Assembly: GCA_035544015.1 (NCBI GenBank) | Contig: DATKIP010000093.1 | Coordinates: 129,156-193,155 of the forward strand | Length of the DNA stretch: 64,000 nucleotides | Direction: 5' to 3' | DNA from: Candidatus Saccharimonadia bacterium | Lineage (GTDB): Bacteria; Patescibacteriota; Saccharimonadia; UBA4664 | In this document: one piece after another, positions 12,651-22,897 of the stretch | How the letters are laid out: the number at the start of each line of letters is the position of its first letter | Position numbering within the stretch: position 1 is the stretch's first letter | The notes under the pieces: generated by a model | What the model was told of the DNA's origin: nothing | What the model saw: the letters and a program-made list of their open reading frames with translations, nothing else | The model's database searches: none | Made by a program: the position numbers and the translations under genes

Positions 12651-13373
12651 CTACTGGCGGCCCAGCACCGTCAAGAAAGCCCGAAAGGCGCGCCGAACGG
12701 TGTTGACATCGTCTGTTGTCAGACTCCTCGAGTCGGTGAATTCCGGCGTCGTGTTTGATCGCACCCACCCCTGTGAGGTAGGCAGCCAAACATGAATCTC
12801 CGCGCGCCGTGCGTCCCGGTCGAGCAGTGGTGAGCTGGGCACAGATACCTGCAGCACCACGCCCGTCCGGCGTGGATACAGCCACAGGAACATCCCGCCT
12901 CCGGCCCCGGGCGCGAGCTCAGCGAAAAATTCCGGCACCGCCGCATCATCGAGGTCGCCACCGGTATTGACGAACATGGCCGCATACACAAAGCCCGGTA
13001 CGCCGCCGATGCGGGCAAAGCAGTACGGCTGGTCAGTGGGAAGTGCCGGCTTCCATGTGCCCTTCACGTTGACGGTGGGACAGTTGTGGGCCGACAGACC
13101 GCGCGGGGTGCCTGGTCGCTGCACCGGATTATACACCGGATGCAGGTTGCGGAGCGGCCGGCCGCACAGCTTGGCCATCATCAGCGTGAGGTGCTGGCCT
13201 TCGATCGCGCTGCGGGTCTGCGCTCCACAGGCCGCCTGCTTGATGGGCGGCGGCGTTGGGGTAGCGCTCGGCGTGACAACACTGCCGCCGTTACCGATAG
13301 CAGCACAGCCCGCCAGCAGGAGCGCGCTCGCCGACAGTCCCAGCCTTCCGCGGCGGGGGTTCCTCGTGCTCAT
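12651..13373 (-). CDS. Putative lipoprotein, family B (YCF-R motif)
   Basis: Lipobox LLAGC, Pro/Thr linker, PYCFARI..VYAA; SD gagagg; 3' hairpin 12588-12624. Confidence 0.8.
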   Translation of the reverse strand: MSTRNPRRGRLGLSASALLLAGCAAIGNGGSVVTPSATPTPPPIKQAACGAQTRSAIEGQHLTLMMAKLCGRPLRNLHPVYNPVQRPGTPRGLSAHNCPTVNVKGTWKPALPTDQPYCFARIGGVPGFVYAAMFVNTGGDLDDAAVPEFFAELAPGAGGGMFLWLYPRRTGVVLQVSVPSSPLLDRDARRAEIHVWLPTSQGWVRSNTTPEFTDSRSLTTDDVNTVRRAFRAFLTVLGRQ

Positions 13374-13482
13374 GGCATCCTCTCGGGAACTCGGATCGTA
13401 CGGACCTAAACCTTATAGCATTAAAACCATAAGCAAATCAACAAGACCGCTCTCCGGCGCCACCCTCTGCTACAATCGAAAG

Positions 13483-14580
13483 ATGCCAACCGTTACCAAG
13501 CTCGAACAAACCTTTCTCGACCTCGTTGCCATCGATGAAGTACATCCCCACGAAGACCAGGTACTTGTCTACATTAAGCGCCGCCTCGATGCGGCCGGCG
13601 TACCTTTCCGCCAAGACGCCGCCGGCAACATTGTGGCGCAAATCGCCGGCGCGGCGGGCGGCCCGGCAATCGCGCTGGTCGGCCACACCGACATCGCCGC
13701 GCCGCTGGCCGGCCGCCAGGTGGTGGTGGCGGAGGGCGTCATCAAAACCGACGGCCACGGCCTGCTCGGCGCCGACGACAAAGCCGCCGTAGCCGCCATG
13801 CTCGAGCTGGCCGACGGCGCCACCTCAGCGCGTCCCGCCCGTACGATTGAGCTCGTGTTTACCGTGGGCGAGGAAGCCGGCTGCGTAGGCGCCGTGGGCC
13901 TCGACATGGCTCTCGTAAGCGCCAAACAGGCCGTGGTGCTCGATTGGACCGGCCGCGTCAACCGTGTCATCACGCGCAGCCCCGCTTACTTCAAGATCGA
14001 CGTCGAGTACCGCGGCCGCGCCGCGCACCCCGCCGAGTGGCAAGAGGGCAAAAACGCCGGCGCCGCCCTCATCGCCGCGGCCGCCCAGCTCCGCCAGGGT
14101 GAATACGCGTCCGGCGTTACCTGCAACATCGGCGTCATGCAATTCGGCGACGCGCGCAACAAAGTCCCCGGCCACGCCACCCTCCAAGCCGAGTTGCGCA
14201 GTTACGACACGGCCAAAATCACGGCCGCGGCGGCCGAAGGCGAGCGATTATTCCGCGCCACGGCCGCCCAACACGGCGTAGAAGCGCAGCTAGCGTTCGT
14301 GAAAGATTCCCCGGCCTACGAGCTCAATCAAGACGGCGAACTAATCACAATCGTCGAACAGGCTCTCGCCACCGCCGGCCTTCAGCCCCATCTTGAGCCC
14401 ACCTATGGCTGTTTCGACGGGAATATTCTGGCCGCTCGCGGCCTCGACACCATCATGCTTGGCGCCGCCTATTACCATCCCCACAGTGCCGAGGAATATC
14501 TCAACCGCGCCGAATTTGCCGAGCTGCTCACTGTCTTAAAAATACTCCTGTACCCACCCAAAGGCTCAAACCGCGTTTGA
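13483..14580 (+). CDS. M20 family metallopeptidase (peptidase T-like)
   Basis: GHTD, LGADDKAA, FTVGEEAG, G.AAHP, PHSAEE; ATG 6 nt after TACAAT. Confidence 0.9.
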   Translation: MPTVTKLEQTFLDLVAIDEVHPHEDQVLVYIKRRLDAAGVPFRQDAAGNIVAQIAGAAGGPAIALVGHTDIAAPLAGRQVVVAEGVIKTDGHGLLGADDKAAVAAMLELADGATSARPARTIELVFTVGEEAGCVGAVGLDMALVSAKQAVVLDWTGRVNRVITRSPAYFKIDVEYRGRAAHPAEWQEGKNAGAALIAAAAQLRQGEYASGVTCNIGVMQFGDARNKVPGHATLQAELRSYDTAKITAAAAEGERLFRATAAQHGVEAQLAFVKDSPAYELNQDGELITIVEQALATAGLQPHLEPTYGCFDGNILAARGLDTIMLGAAYYHPHSAEEYLNRAEFAELLTVLKILLYPPKGSNRV

Positions 14581-14636
14581 GAACTTGGGTCGGGCAGTGG
14601 CCCTCCCCGGCGTTATTGCCGGCGAGGGCCACTACG
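14553..14636 (-). repeat. 3' element of a family-B gene, copy 1
   Basis: 56-nt core 14577-14632 matches 15377-15432 with one mismatch; hairpin gtggccctc.ccggc/gccgg.gagggccac. Confidence 0.92.
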
Positions 14637-14651
14637 AGCGGCTCCCTGCGG

Positions 14652-15263
14652 TTATCCGGCCGCCCGGTCTAGAAAGTCATGAAAGTCATTGAGGAGGCCG
14701 GCCAGATCGGTAAAGCTCGGTCTGGGCACCACCTCCCATCCAGCCTTGCCGGGGCGCCACGACGCCACATTATCGCTCGTCAGGATGCTGGCCCCCACCG
14801 GTATCCGGAATAGCAGCCCGTCTGCCTGGAATACCCAGAAGTAATCACCGACCTCCTCGATGAAAAAAAGCGGCTGCGACGCCGGGTTGGTTTTGCCGTT
14901 GGCAGACGCGGGCATTGCCGCGTATACCGTTGGATAGTCACCCAGGCGGGGGAAACAGTACAGGGTGCCGCTGACAAACCGCCAGCCCTTGGCAGTGTGG
15001 TCGGCGGCGCAGCTTCCGGCCACGCCGAGAATGGTGGTCGCCGGTTTGTGATTCAGGTAGACCGGCTTCAGCTCCCGCAGCGCCTTGTTGCAGCTGAGCG
15101 TACCCGCATCGGCGACGTGCTCCTGCGCCGGAGCCCCGTGCAGCGTGCGGCCGCACAGACCCGCGGGCAAAAGCAGGATGGTCAGGCCTGTGGCAGCAAG
15201 GGCCGCTAATGCAAGCCCTCCCGCGGAGCTGAGAAGCCGCCCAACAAAAGTCTCTCTCGCCAT
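14652..15263 (-). CDS. Exported or membrane-anchored protein, family B
   Basis: SD ggagg; hydrophobic N-terminus; LYCFPRL..VYAA, P.FF, WVF, F.DFL. Confidence 0.8.
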   Translation of the reverse strand: MARETFVGRLLSSAGGLALAALAATGLTILLLPAGLCGRTLHGAPAQEHVADAGTLSCNKALRELKPVYLNHKPATTILGVAGSCAADHTAKGWRFVSGTLYCFPRLGDYPTVYAAMPASANGKTNPASQPLFFIEEVGDYFWVFQADGLLFRIPVGASILTSDNVASWRPGKAGWEVVPRPSFTDLAGLLNDFHDFLDRAAG

Positions 15264-15351
15264 GCTCTCCTCCGAGACTCGAACGTTTGCGGACGATAAA
15301 ATTATGCAACCAAGGCTCGTGCCAAGCAATGAGCCAAAACACCACTTCTAT

Positions 15352-15436
15352 CCCACCCAAAGCCTCAAACCAATGCTTGAGAACTTGGGTCGGGCAGTGG
15401 CCCTCCCCGGCGTCATTGCCGGCGAGGGCCACCACG
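15352..15436 (-). repeat. 3' element of a family-B gene, copy 2
   Basis: Near-identical to 14553-14636; cores are exactly 800 bp apart. Confidence 0.92.
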
Positions 15437-15450
15437 GACGGTCCTGGCGA

Positions 15451-16065
15451 TCAGCTGCCCGCGCGGACCAGGAAGTCATCGAAGGTGGTCACCAGTGTGA
15501 CGAGCTGGTCGGCGGCTATGCCGTCGCGAGCCTCATCCAGACCGCCCGGCTGACGCACCCACTTTGCGCCGACTGACCGCAACACCGTCAGCTGTCCCGC
15601 AGCTCGCTCCCGCTTGGCCGTGGGCGAAGCAATCAACGAGCCGGTCGCAGGCACGAATACCCAGTCGACACTCTTCACTCGCTGCACGAAGATGGGCGGA
15701 TTGGACTTCGATCCGATCTCCGCCGGCGGCGCCGCCGCAAAGACCGAGCGCGCCGCCGTGATCCGCGGGAAGCAGTAGGGGGTCTGGAAGTTCAGCGTGG
15801 GCTTCTTGGTGTCAGACGCACAGCTCTTGTACAAGCCCCGATTCCCCTGCTTGGGGTAATGCGTGTCGTAGGCGACCCCGATCTCCTCGAGTGACTGATT
15901 GCAGTGCTGGAAGCCCACGGTGGCCGCAGCAGAATTCGGCCGCGGCGCAATGGGCGCGCAATCCGCACCACTGTGGTTGAGGCCACCTTTGGCGACGGTA
16001 ACCACGCCGGCCGCGGCAACCAGCCCCAATGTAACCCTTACTATTCGTGGTACTTTCAGTTTCAC
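15451..16065 (-). CDS. Exported or membrane-anchored protein, family B
   Basis: GTG start after SD ggagg; PYCFPRI..VFAA, PPIF, WVF, FDDFL; TTGCTT-17-CATAAT promoter. Confidence 0.8.
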   Translation of the reverse strand: MKLKVPRIVRVTLGLVAAAGVVTVAKGGLNHSGADCAPIAPRPNSAAATVGFQHCNQSLEEIGVAYDTHYPKQGNRGLYKSCASDTKKPTLNFQTPYCFPRITAARSVFAAAPPAEIGSKSNPPIFVQRVKSVDWVFVPATGSLIASPTAKRERAAGQLTVLRSVGAKWVRQPGGLDEARDGIAADQLVTLVTTFDDFLVRAGS

Positions 16066-16202
16066 GATTTCCCTCCGGGGGTCTCGCATCGGTTCAGGAC
16101 GGTAACGATTATGCGATATTGGAGCGCAAAAAGCAATTCGCGGCGCCGAGCGCCCGGCGCCAATCTATGGCATGATAGAAGCACTAACGGGACCGCCTCA
16201 TC

Positions 16203-16748
16203 ATGAGCAAATGGCAACGCCTGTCCGGCAAAATCGTGTACCAAAACAATTACATGAGCGTCCACGAAGACGAAGTAATCGCTCCCGACGGCCGCGCCAC
16301 CGTGTATGGCTGGATCGAAACGCCGCCGGCCGTGTTCATCGTAGCGCTCGGCGATCAAGACCGCGTCTGCCTGGTAGAGCAGGAGCGCTACACCACCGGC
16401 GCGCCGTCGTGGGAAATCCCGGCCGGCAACACCGACGGCGAAGACGACACCGACGCCGCCAAGCGGGAGCTCGCCGAAGAGGCCGGCCTCCACGCCGACA
16501 AATGGGAACGCCTGCCGGTGCAAACCTACCCCTTCAACGGCTTCGCGGCCGAGCGCAACATCATCTTCATCGCCACCGGCCTACATCAAGTCCGGGAACC
16601 TGTCGGCGCCACCGACGACACCATCACCGCCAAGCGTTGGGTGAGCTGGCCGGAACTCAAAAAAATGCTCTCCAAGGGCGAAATCACCGACGCCCAAACC
16701 ATTTCTGCCGTTATGTTGGCCGGCCTGCACCTGGGGCATATCAAATAA
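16203..16748 (+). CDS. NUDIX hydrolase (ADP-ribose pyrophosphatase-like)
   Basis: WEIPAG..D.ED..DAAKRELAEEAG; GEITDAQT. Confidence 0.92.
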   Translation: MSKWQRLSGKIVYQNNYMSVHEDEVIAPDGRATVYGWIETPPAVFIVALGDQDRVCLVEQERYTTGAPSWEIPAGNTDGEDDTDAAKRELAEEAGLHADKWERLPVQTYPFNGFAAERNIIFIATGLHQVREPVGATDDTITAKRWVSWPELKKMLSKGEITDAQTISAVMLAGLHLGHIK

Positions 16749-16855
16749 ACCGTCCGACTTGAGCCCGCACCTCTTTACAAGATCGGCCTGGCTTGTCTAT
16801 AATGATTGGGTCCCAAGTGGGCAAAATTTTTTATGTTCACAAAGTAATAAATCGA

Positions 16856-16938
16856 TTCCACTGTAGATCGCTGATGCGGCCGCCGATTGGCAGTCCGCTA
16901 GGGGCTAGCAAAAGCCACATTATCAATCTGTAGTGGAA
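16856..16938 (+). promoter_or_regulatory. Structured 5' leader of tuf (candidate cis-regulatory RNA)
   Basis: 13-bp closing stem 16856-16868/16926-16938 with two G-U pairs, enclosing two smaller hairpins. Confidence 0.55.
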
Positions 16939-16959
16939 CATATTAAGGAGAGTTAAAGA

Positions 16960-18144
<1,185 letters not shown>

Positions 18145-18167
18145 GTTTGCCCACCGCAAACGACCGC

Positions 18168-18196
18168 AAAAAGCGGGCCTTCGGGTCCGCTTTTTT
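18168..18196 (+). terminator. Intrinsic terminator after tuf
   Basis: aaaaagcgggcc-ttcg-ggtccgctttttt. Confidence 0.9.
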
Positions 18197-18214
18197 GTGG
18201 TGTACAATCAATCC

Positions 18215-18868
18215 ATGAAGGTTAAGCTTACCGCCGAAGCCTCGGTCCAAAAAGCCTCGGTCAAACTCGGTCTGCTAGCCGCCGCCGGCCTCGCTGCCGG
18301 CCTGCTCGCCGGCACGCTGGCCTCATGGAAAATCGCGCCCCTCGTAGCCTGGGATACGCTCGCGTTTGCCTATGTAGCGGCTACCTGGCTCAAGATTACC
18401 AAATACGACGCAGCGCTCGTCAAAAAGCACGCCACCCGCGAAGATCCCTCGCGCGTGGCGTCCGATCTCATTCTCATCGGTGCCAGCGTCGCGAGCCTTG
18501 GAGCCGTCGCGGTGCTGCTGGCGGGCTCGGCCAGCTCCGGGCAGTCCACCAAACTAGCACTCACGGCGCTCGGTATGCTGAGCGTGATCGCGTCTTGGCT
18601 GATGGTGCATACCGTGTACGCTCTGCGTTACGCCGAGCTCTACTATTCCCAGCCCGAAGGTGGGGTAGATTTTGGCGGTCAGAAGCCACAATATGTTGAT
18701 TTTGCCTACCTGGCGTTTACCATCGGCATGACGTACCAGGTTTCGGATACCACCCTCACCACCCGGGCTTTCCGCGCCACTGCGCTCAAACACGCGCTAT
18801 TGGGCTTCCTGCTGGGCACCGTTATCATCGCTACTACCATCAATCTCGTGGCCGGACTGGTCAAATAA
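18215..18868 (+). CDS. DUF1345 family membrane protein
   Basis: YALRYAELYY, P.YVDFAYLAFTIGMTYQVSDT. Confidence 0.9.
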   Translation: MKVKLTAEASVQKASVKLGLLAAAGLAAGLLAGTLASWKIAPLVAWDTLAFAYVAATWLKITKYDAALVKKHATREDPSRVASDLILIGASVASLGAVAVLLAGSASSGQSTKLALTALGMLSVIASWLMVHTVYALRYAELYYSQPEGGVDFGGQKPQYVDFAYLAFTIGMTYQVSDTTLTTRAFRATALKHALLGFLLGTVIIATTINLVAGLVK

Positions 18869-18960
18869 TCGCTTCAACTAGCCAATTCTGATACACTCCG
18901 CTCAGGTGAACGCACCTCACAACCCGTTTCGTCGCGCCCCGCCTCCGGGAGGAGATAGTC

Positions 18961-19824
18961 ATGCAGCCATCAAGTGCAGCTACCGTACGTCTCCGCTGCC
19001 CGCACCCACATCAGCACCTCGGAACCAACCCACGGACAGAACCTCCGGGAGCCATTGAGCTCGCCGGGTCCATGCGGGGCTGGCTTCAGCATGCGCTGGC
19101 CATCGGTTCCCCCAAGGAGCCCGAAGCGTCGCAGCACGACGTGCACCTGTTCTACCTCGCGTCGCTGGCCACGCAATTCCCCTCGCCGCAGCCGGGACTG
19201 CTAAGCCCCGAACACGAGCTTCTAGGCGCCCCGTGCTCCGCCGTCGCCATGATCCCCTATGGGCTGCTCGACGGCGTGCCCTGCTCTGCTATCAGCTTCC
19301 TGGAGTACTGGGGCGAACCAGGCGCGAGCTCATGCTCCGTGATCGGCTCGGTGCTGGCCACGGCGGCCGGCCACCAACTCGTCTACAGCATGAGCGCCGC
19401 CCACAGCCTGTTCTGGGACCCGGATGAAATGCCGTCGGACGCCAACAGTCCGCTCAGCTTGTACCTGTCTCGAGCGTGGCATCCGATCCCGGGCTCGCCG
19501 CTCGCCCGAGCTATCCAGCTCAACTGCAACGGTGGCATCATGGATAGCCATGAGCTCTTCGAGGGCAGCGTGCTGGCCGGAGTGTTCGGCTTGCTCCGGA
19601 GCGAAGGCGCGCTCATTCTGCCGCCCGGCAATTACAGCGTGGCCATGATGGCCGCTGTGCTACCCACCCTCATCCGGCGCGACTACGTCTTCTACACGAT
19701 CGGATCAGAGGGTGATATTCAGCACTACTGCCCCCGTCTGGGCATCGAATCCGTCCTGCTCACGGCGCCCGTGCTCGTCCTGGCTCAGCGCCACCGGCAA
19801 GCGTTCAACGACTACATCATCTAG
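18961..19824 (+). CDS. Hypothetical protein (orphan unit)
   Basis: 287-aa ORF, SD ggagg, followed directly by a repeated hairpin. Confidence 0.75.
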   Translation: MQPSSAATVRLRCPHPHQHLGTNPRTEPPGAIELAGSMRGWLQHALAIGSPKEPEASQHDVHLFYLASLATQFPSPQPGLLSPEHELLGAPCSAVAMIPYGLLDGVPCSAISFLEYWGEPGASSCSVIGSVLATAAGHQLVYSMSAAHSLFWDPDEMPSDANSPLSLYLSRAWHPIPGSPLARAIQLNCNGGIMDSHELFEGSVLAGVFGLLRSEGALILPPGNYSVAMMAAVLPTLIRRDYVFYTIGSEGDIQHYCPRLGIESVLLTAPVLVLAQRHRQAFNDYII

Positions 19825-19871
19825 CCCCGAGGAGCCTGAGGCCCCTTGGGGCTTCAGCGCGTTTAGGCACA
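19824..19871 (+). repeat. 48-nt 3' hairpin element, copy 1
   Basis: 42/48 identical to 21556-21603. Confidence 0.88.
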
Positions 19872-19965
19872 AAAAAGCCCCCAGAACAGGGGAGTGGAGG
19901 ATAATTGCCGTGGTCTCGGTCCCGGGTTTCCCCGGGGCCGAGTTCCACCTTCGCACCGTGCGGGA

Positions 19966-20283
19966 TCAGAGGGCGAGCAGGCCAAGCCCGAGACATACGA
20001 TGGCGTACGGCGCCTGCCAGATCAGCAAGGCGCGGTAGCGCCCCACTCGGAACTCCTGAAGCACCTTCCAGCCGCACAAAGCCGCCCCGGCGAGTGCCAG
20101 CAGGCAGGCGAAGAACGCGGCGTCCGGGGCGTAGGCGGTGTGAATGGCGGCGCCCTGCCGGGCATTCCAGGCGGCGACCGCCACGAGCCCGAGGTAGCCG
20201 ATGAGCCCGATGAGTTCCGGCCATGTCAGCGAGTTCGCCTTCGGCTGGGGGATCGCCCCGGCCGCGTCGGCGTTCTGGGTCAT
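19966..20283 (-). CDS. Small membrane protein (about 3 TM)
   Basis: SD aaggag; hydrophobic segments; 3' hairpin 19915-19942. Confidence 0.7.
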   Translation of the reverse strand: MTQNADAAGAIPQPKANSLTWPELIGLIGYLGLVAVAAWNARQGAAIHTAYAPDAAFFACLLALAGAALCGWKVLQEFRVGRYRALLIWQAPYAIVCLGLGLLAL

Positions 20284-20297
20284 GGTGCTCCTTCGAG

Positions 20298-20600
20298 TCA
20301 GGCGACGTTGGCCGCGTTCAGGATCAGCATGGAGACCGCAATGGCCAGCCCTAGTACCACGAATGAGCCAGCCACCACCCACAGGCCCCAGTCACCCGCG
20401 CGGAGCCGCAGGTAGCTCTCTCCTGCGAGCAGCCCCATCAGTACCGCGGTCAGCGCGAGCAGGATCAGCGCCAGTATCCACGGGACATGCGGCACCATGA
20501 CGGCGCCGAATGCCATGAGGCCCGCGACGATCACGCCCAGGATTACCGCCAGCGCATGGCGTTTACTGGTCGTTTCTGTCGGGTCCGATATCTCACCCAT
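20298..20600 (-). CDS. Small membrane protein (about 3 TM)
   Basis: SD ggag; TATAGT upstream; three hydrophobic segments. Confidence 0.7.
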   Translation of the reverse strand: MGEISDPTETTSKRHALAVILGVIVAGLMAFGAVMVPHVPWILALILLALTAVLMGLLAGESYLRLRAGDWGLWVVAGSFVVLGLAIAVSMLILNAANVA

Positions 20601-20888
20601 GTCGATGATCTCCATTTCTGTGCGAAAGATGGAAGACCAACTATACCCACAAAGAGCCAAAAAATCAACCCAACCAAACCTGAATCTCAAAACCCCAGCC
20701 TTATTTCGAGTGACTCGGTGATTTTTGACAATTTTTGTCATTTTTTGCCTATCCGTTCTAATGGACTCAGTGAGAGCGAGGAAGATTTAGGGGGTTTCGA
20801 GACTCAGGTACCACGGGTAATTGACAAAACATCAAGAAAGTTATATTTTCATAAAGTTCGTCCCGCCCACAGATGAGGTGAGAGACCC

Positions 20889-21562
20889 ATGACCGAGCTC
20901 CCGATCCAGGCGCTCCCGCGCGACGGCTACCTCGCATTCTCCGGAATGAGCTGCGTTACGGAGTTTTGGAAATTCGCCGGTACATCGTTGCTCAACGACA
21001 TTCCGACCGATTCAATGCATTTCCCGTCCATGACCGATTATGCCTGGGGCACTCTTCAGGCGTGGCCGCTATCCGGCGGAAGGGAAGTAGTCGATGTCGG
21101 TGGCGAAGCCGAGCCGGACCAGAACCGACGGGGGCGCCGCCTGTTCTTCCTGACGCTGCCCGGCTCCCCCGCCTGGATCATTACGCTGATTCTCACGGCT
21201 ACGCCGATGTGGCAGCCGCCCGGAACCCTGGATCTGCGCCTAATACGGACGCGCGGTGTGGTCGAGTACGCAGACCCGGGGCCACACCGGCGCAGCCTCA
21301 CAGCCCTCGTCTACATTGGCTTCGGCGGCTTCGGCGCTTGCGTCGAACTCGTCGGAGCCAATGGTCAGACCGTCCACCGACAGGTTTTCGAGCCCGGCGA
21401 TGCCGTCCTGTTCGACGACCGGCGCCTCCGCCCCGCCTGTTGTCGCCCCATCGGCTCCGGGGCGTCGGTGATTATCTCGAAATCACCTTCTGCCAGCCGA
21501 GCACCCATCCGCTGCCGCACACACGCCGCGCCCACATCATCCCGACCAACCCGATGCCCTGA
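20889..21562 (+). pseudogene. 2OG-Fe(II) dioxygenase-like gene with an apparent frameshift near 21460
   Basis: PGDAVLFDDRR..PI in frame 1; DYLEITF and a stop at 21562, at the 3' repeat, in the -1 frame. Confidence 0.55.
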
Positions 21563-21603
21563 GGAGCATGAAGCCCCTCGGGGCTTCATGGCGTTTAGGC
21601 ACA
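21556..21603 (+). repeat. 48-nt 3' hairpin element, copy 2
   Basis: catgaagcccc-tc-ggggcttcatg; compensatory change relative to copy 1. Confidence 0.88.
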
Positions 21604-21694
21604 GATTGACAAAACCGCCTGAGCCATGCTTAAATCAAAGCCAAACACGTGAGAGTGTATTTACTATTAATTGATCGAAAGATAGCACCTACCC

Positions 21695-22027
21695 ATGGCC
21701 ACAGCCGAAGTCAAAGCCCCCGATAAGCAGCGCATTCGCATTCGCCTCAAGGCGTACGATTCCAAAGTGATCGACCAGTCCGCCAAACAAATCATCGACA
21801 CCGCCACCCGTACCGGCGCCACCGTCGCCGGCCCCATCCCGCTGCCGACCGAAAAAAACTCCATGACCGTCCTCCGCTCGCCCCACATCTTCAAAGATGC
21901 CCGCGAGCAATTCGAAATGCGCACCCACAAGCGCCTCATCGACATCACCGAGCCCACCCCCAAGACCATCGACGCCCTCATGAACCTCAACCTCCCCGCC
22001 GGCGTCGACATCGAAATCAAAATGTAA
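21695..22027 (+). CDS. rpsJ: 30S ribosomal protein S10
   Basis: [35 protein letters not shown]. Confidence 0.99.
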   Translation: MATAEVKAPDKQRIRIRLKAYDSKVIDQSAKQIIDTATRTGATVAGPIPLPTEKNSMTVLRSPHIFKDAREQFEMRTHKRLIDITEPTPKTIDALMNLNLPAGVDIEIKM

Positions 22028-22044
22028 CTAACGCCCGCTCCAAC

Positions 22045-22067
22045 AGCCCCGCTCCGGCGGGGTTTTT
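22045..22067 (+). terminator. Intrinsic terminator after rpsJ
   Basis: agccccgc-tccg-gcggggttttt. Confidence 0.8.
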
Positions 22068-22130
22068 GGTTTAGGGGTGTTGACTGCTTGATATCTTTTT
22101 TGATATCATCAAGGTGTTTCGGAGCCAAAC

Positions 22131-22481
22131 ATGAAGTACGAAGTAAAATTTTATGAGGCTCCGAACGGCAAGCGGCCCGCTGAGGATTTTCTAAGCAAGC
22201 TTTGGAGGAAACAACCTAAGTTAGCAAAACATACCCTAGCAAATCTCAAAAAACTAGAAGATTCAGAAAGACACGGCCCCCCATTGGTTAAAAATCTCGA
22301 GGATAATTTGTTCGAACTTCGGACGGGATCAGCAAATATCACCCGGATCTTTTTCTCGTATAGGCAGGACCAGAGCATTTGGTTGCTAAGTGGATACGTA
22401 AAAACTACGGATAGGATTCCGCAAACCGAACTAGATAAAGCTCGAGCCTTGCGGGACGAGTGTGAAAGGAGCAGACAATGA
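22131..22481 (+). CDS. RelE/HigB (Gp49-like) toxin
   Basis: V.FYE..NG..P..DFL, P.VKNL...[25 protein letters not shown]. Confidence 0.88.
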   Translation: MKYEVKFYEAPNGKRPAEDFLSKLWRKQPKLAKHTLANLKKLEDSERHGPPLVKNLEDNLFELRTGSANITRIFFSYRQDQSIWLLSGYVKTTDRIPQTELDKARALRDECERSRQ

Positions 22482-22897
22482 CAAGAAGCCTTAATGATTT
22501 CATAGACGATCAGCGTCGAGAAGACTCTGATATTGATCGGGAGCTAATTGAGTTAGGAAACTACACTGATCTCGCGCTGAAAATCCAAAACCTTCGAACG
22601 TCCCGAGGTTTATCGCAGCGTGATTTAGCCGAAATGATTGGCACAGGCCAGGCCAATATTAATCGGTGGGAGACCCCTGGATATGCTAGCTACACAGTGA
22701 ATAGTCTTAAGAAGCTTTCTAGGGCGCTAGGGGTGGCACTAAAAATTGATCTAGAGCAGGCGGCGCAGATCAGAATAGATAAGCCATACAAATTCTTAGT
22801 GCAAATTGAGCGTAGCCCATATGACGTAACGATTAATCCTAGCAGGCAACGCGAAGAGGCCAACAACTACTATCCATCAAGCGGAGGAATAAAATGA
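22478..22897 (+). CDS. XRE-family HTH antitoxin (HigA-like) with a C-terminal extension
   Basis: LRTSRGLSQRDLAEMIGTGQANINRWE, YTVNSLKKL; ATGA overlap. Confidence 0.88.
   Translation: MTRSLNDFIDDQRREDSDIDRELIELGNYTDLALKIQNLRTSRGLSQRDLAEMIGTGQANINRWETPGYASYTVNSLKKLSRALGVALKIDLEQAAQIRIDKPYKFLVQIERSPYDVTINPSRQREEANNYYPSSGGIK

Noticed and set aside
12967-13482. N-terminal 172 aa of the 537-aa ORF-track peptidase
   Set aside because: Overlaps the minus-strand lipoprotein gene; M20 similarity starts at ATG 13483, just after a -10 box.
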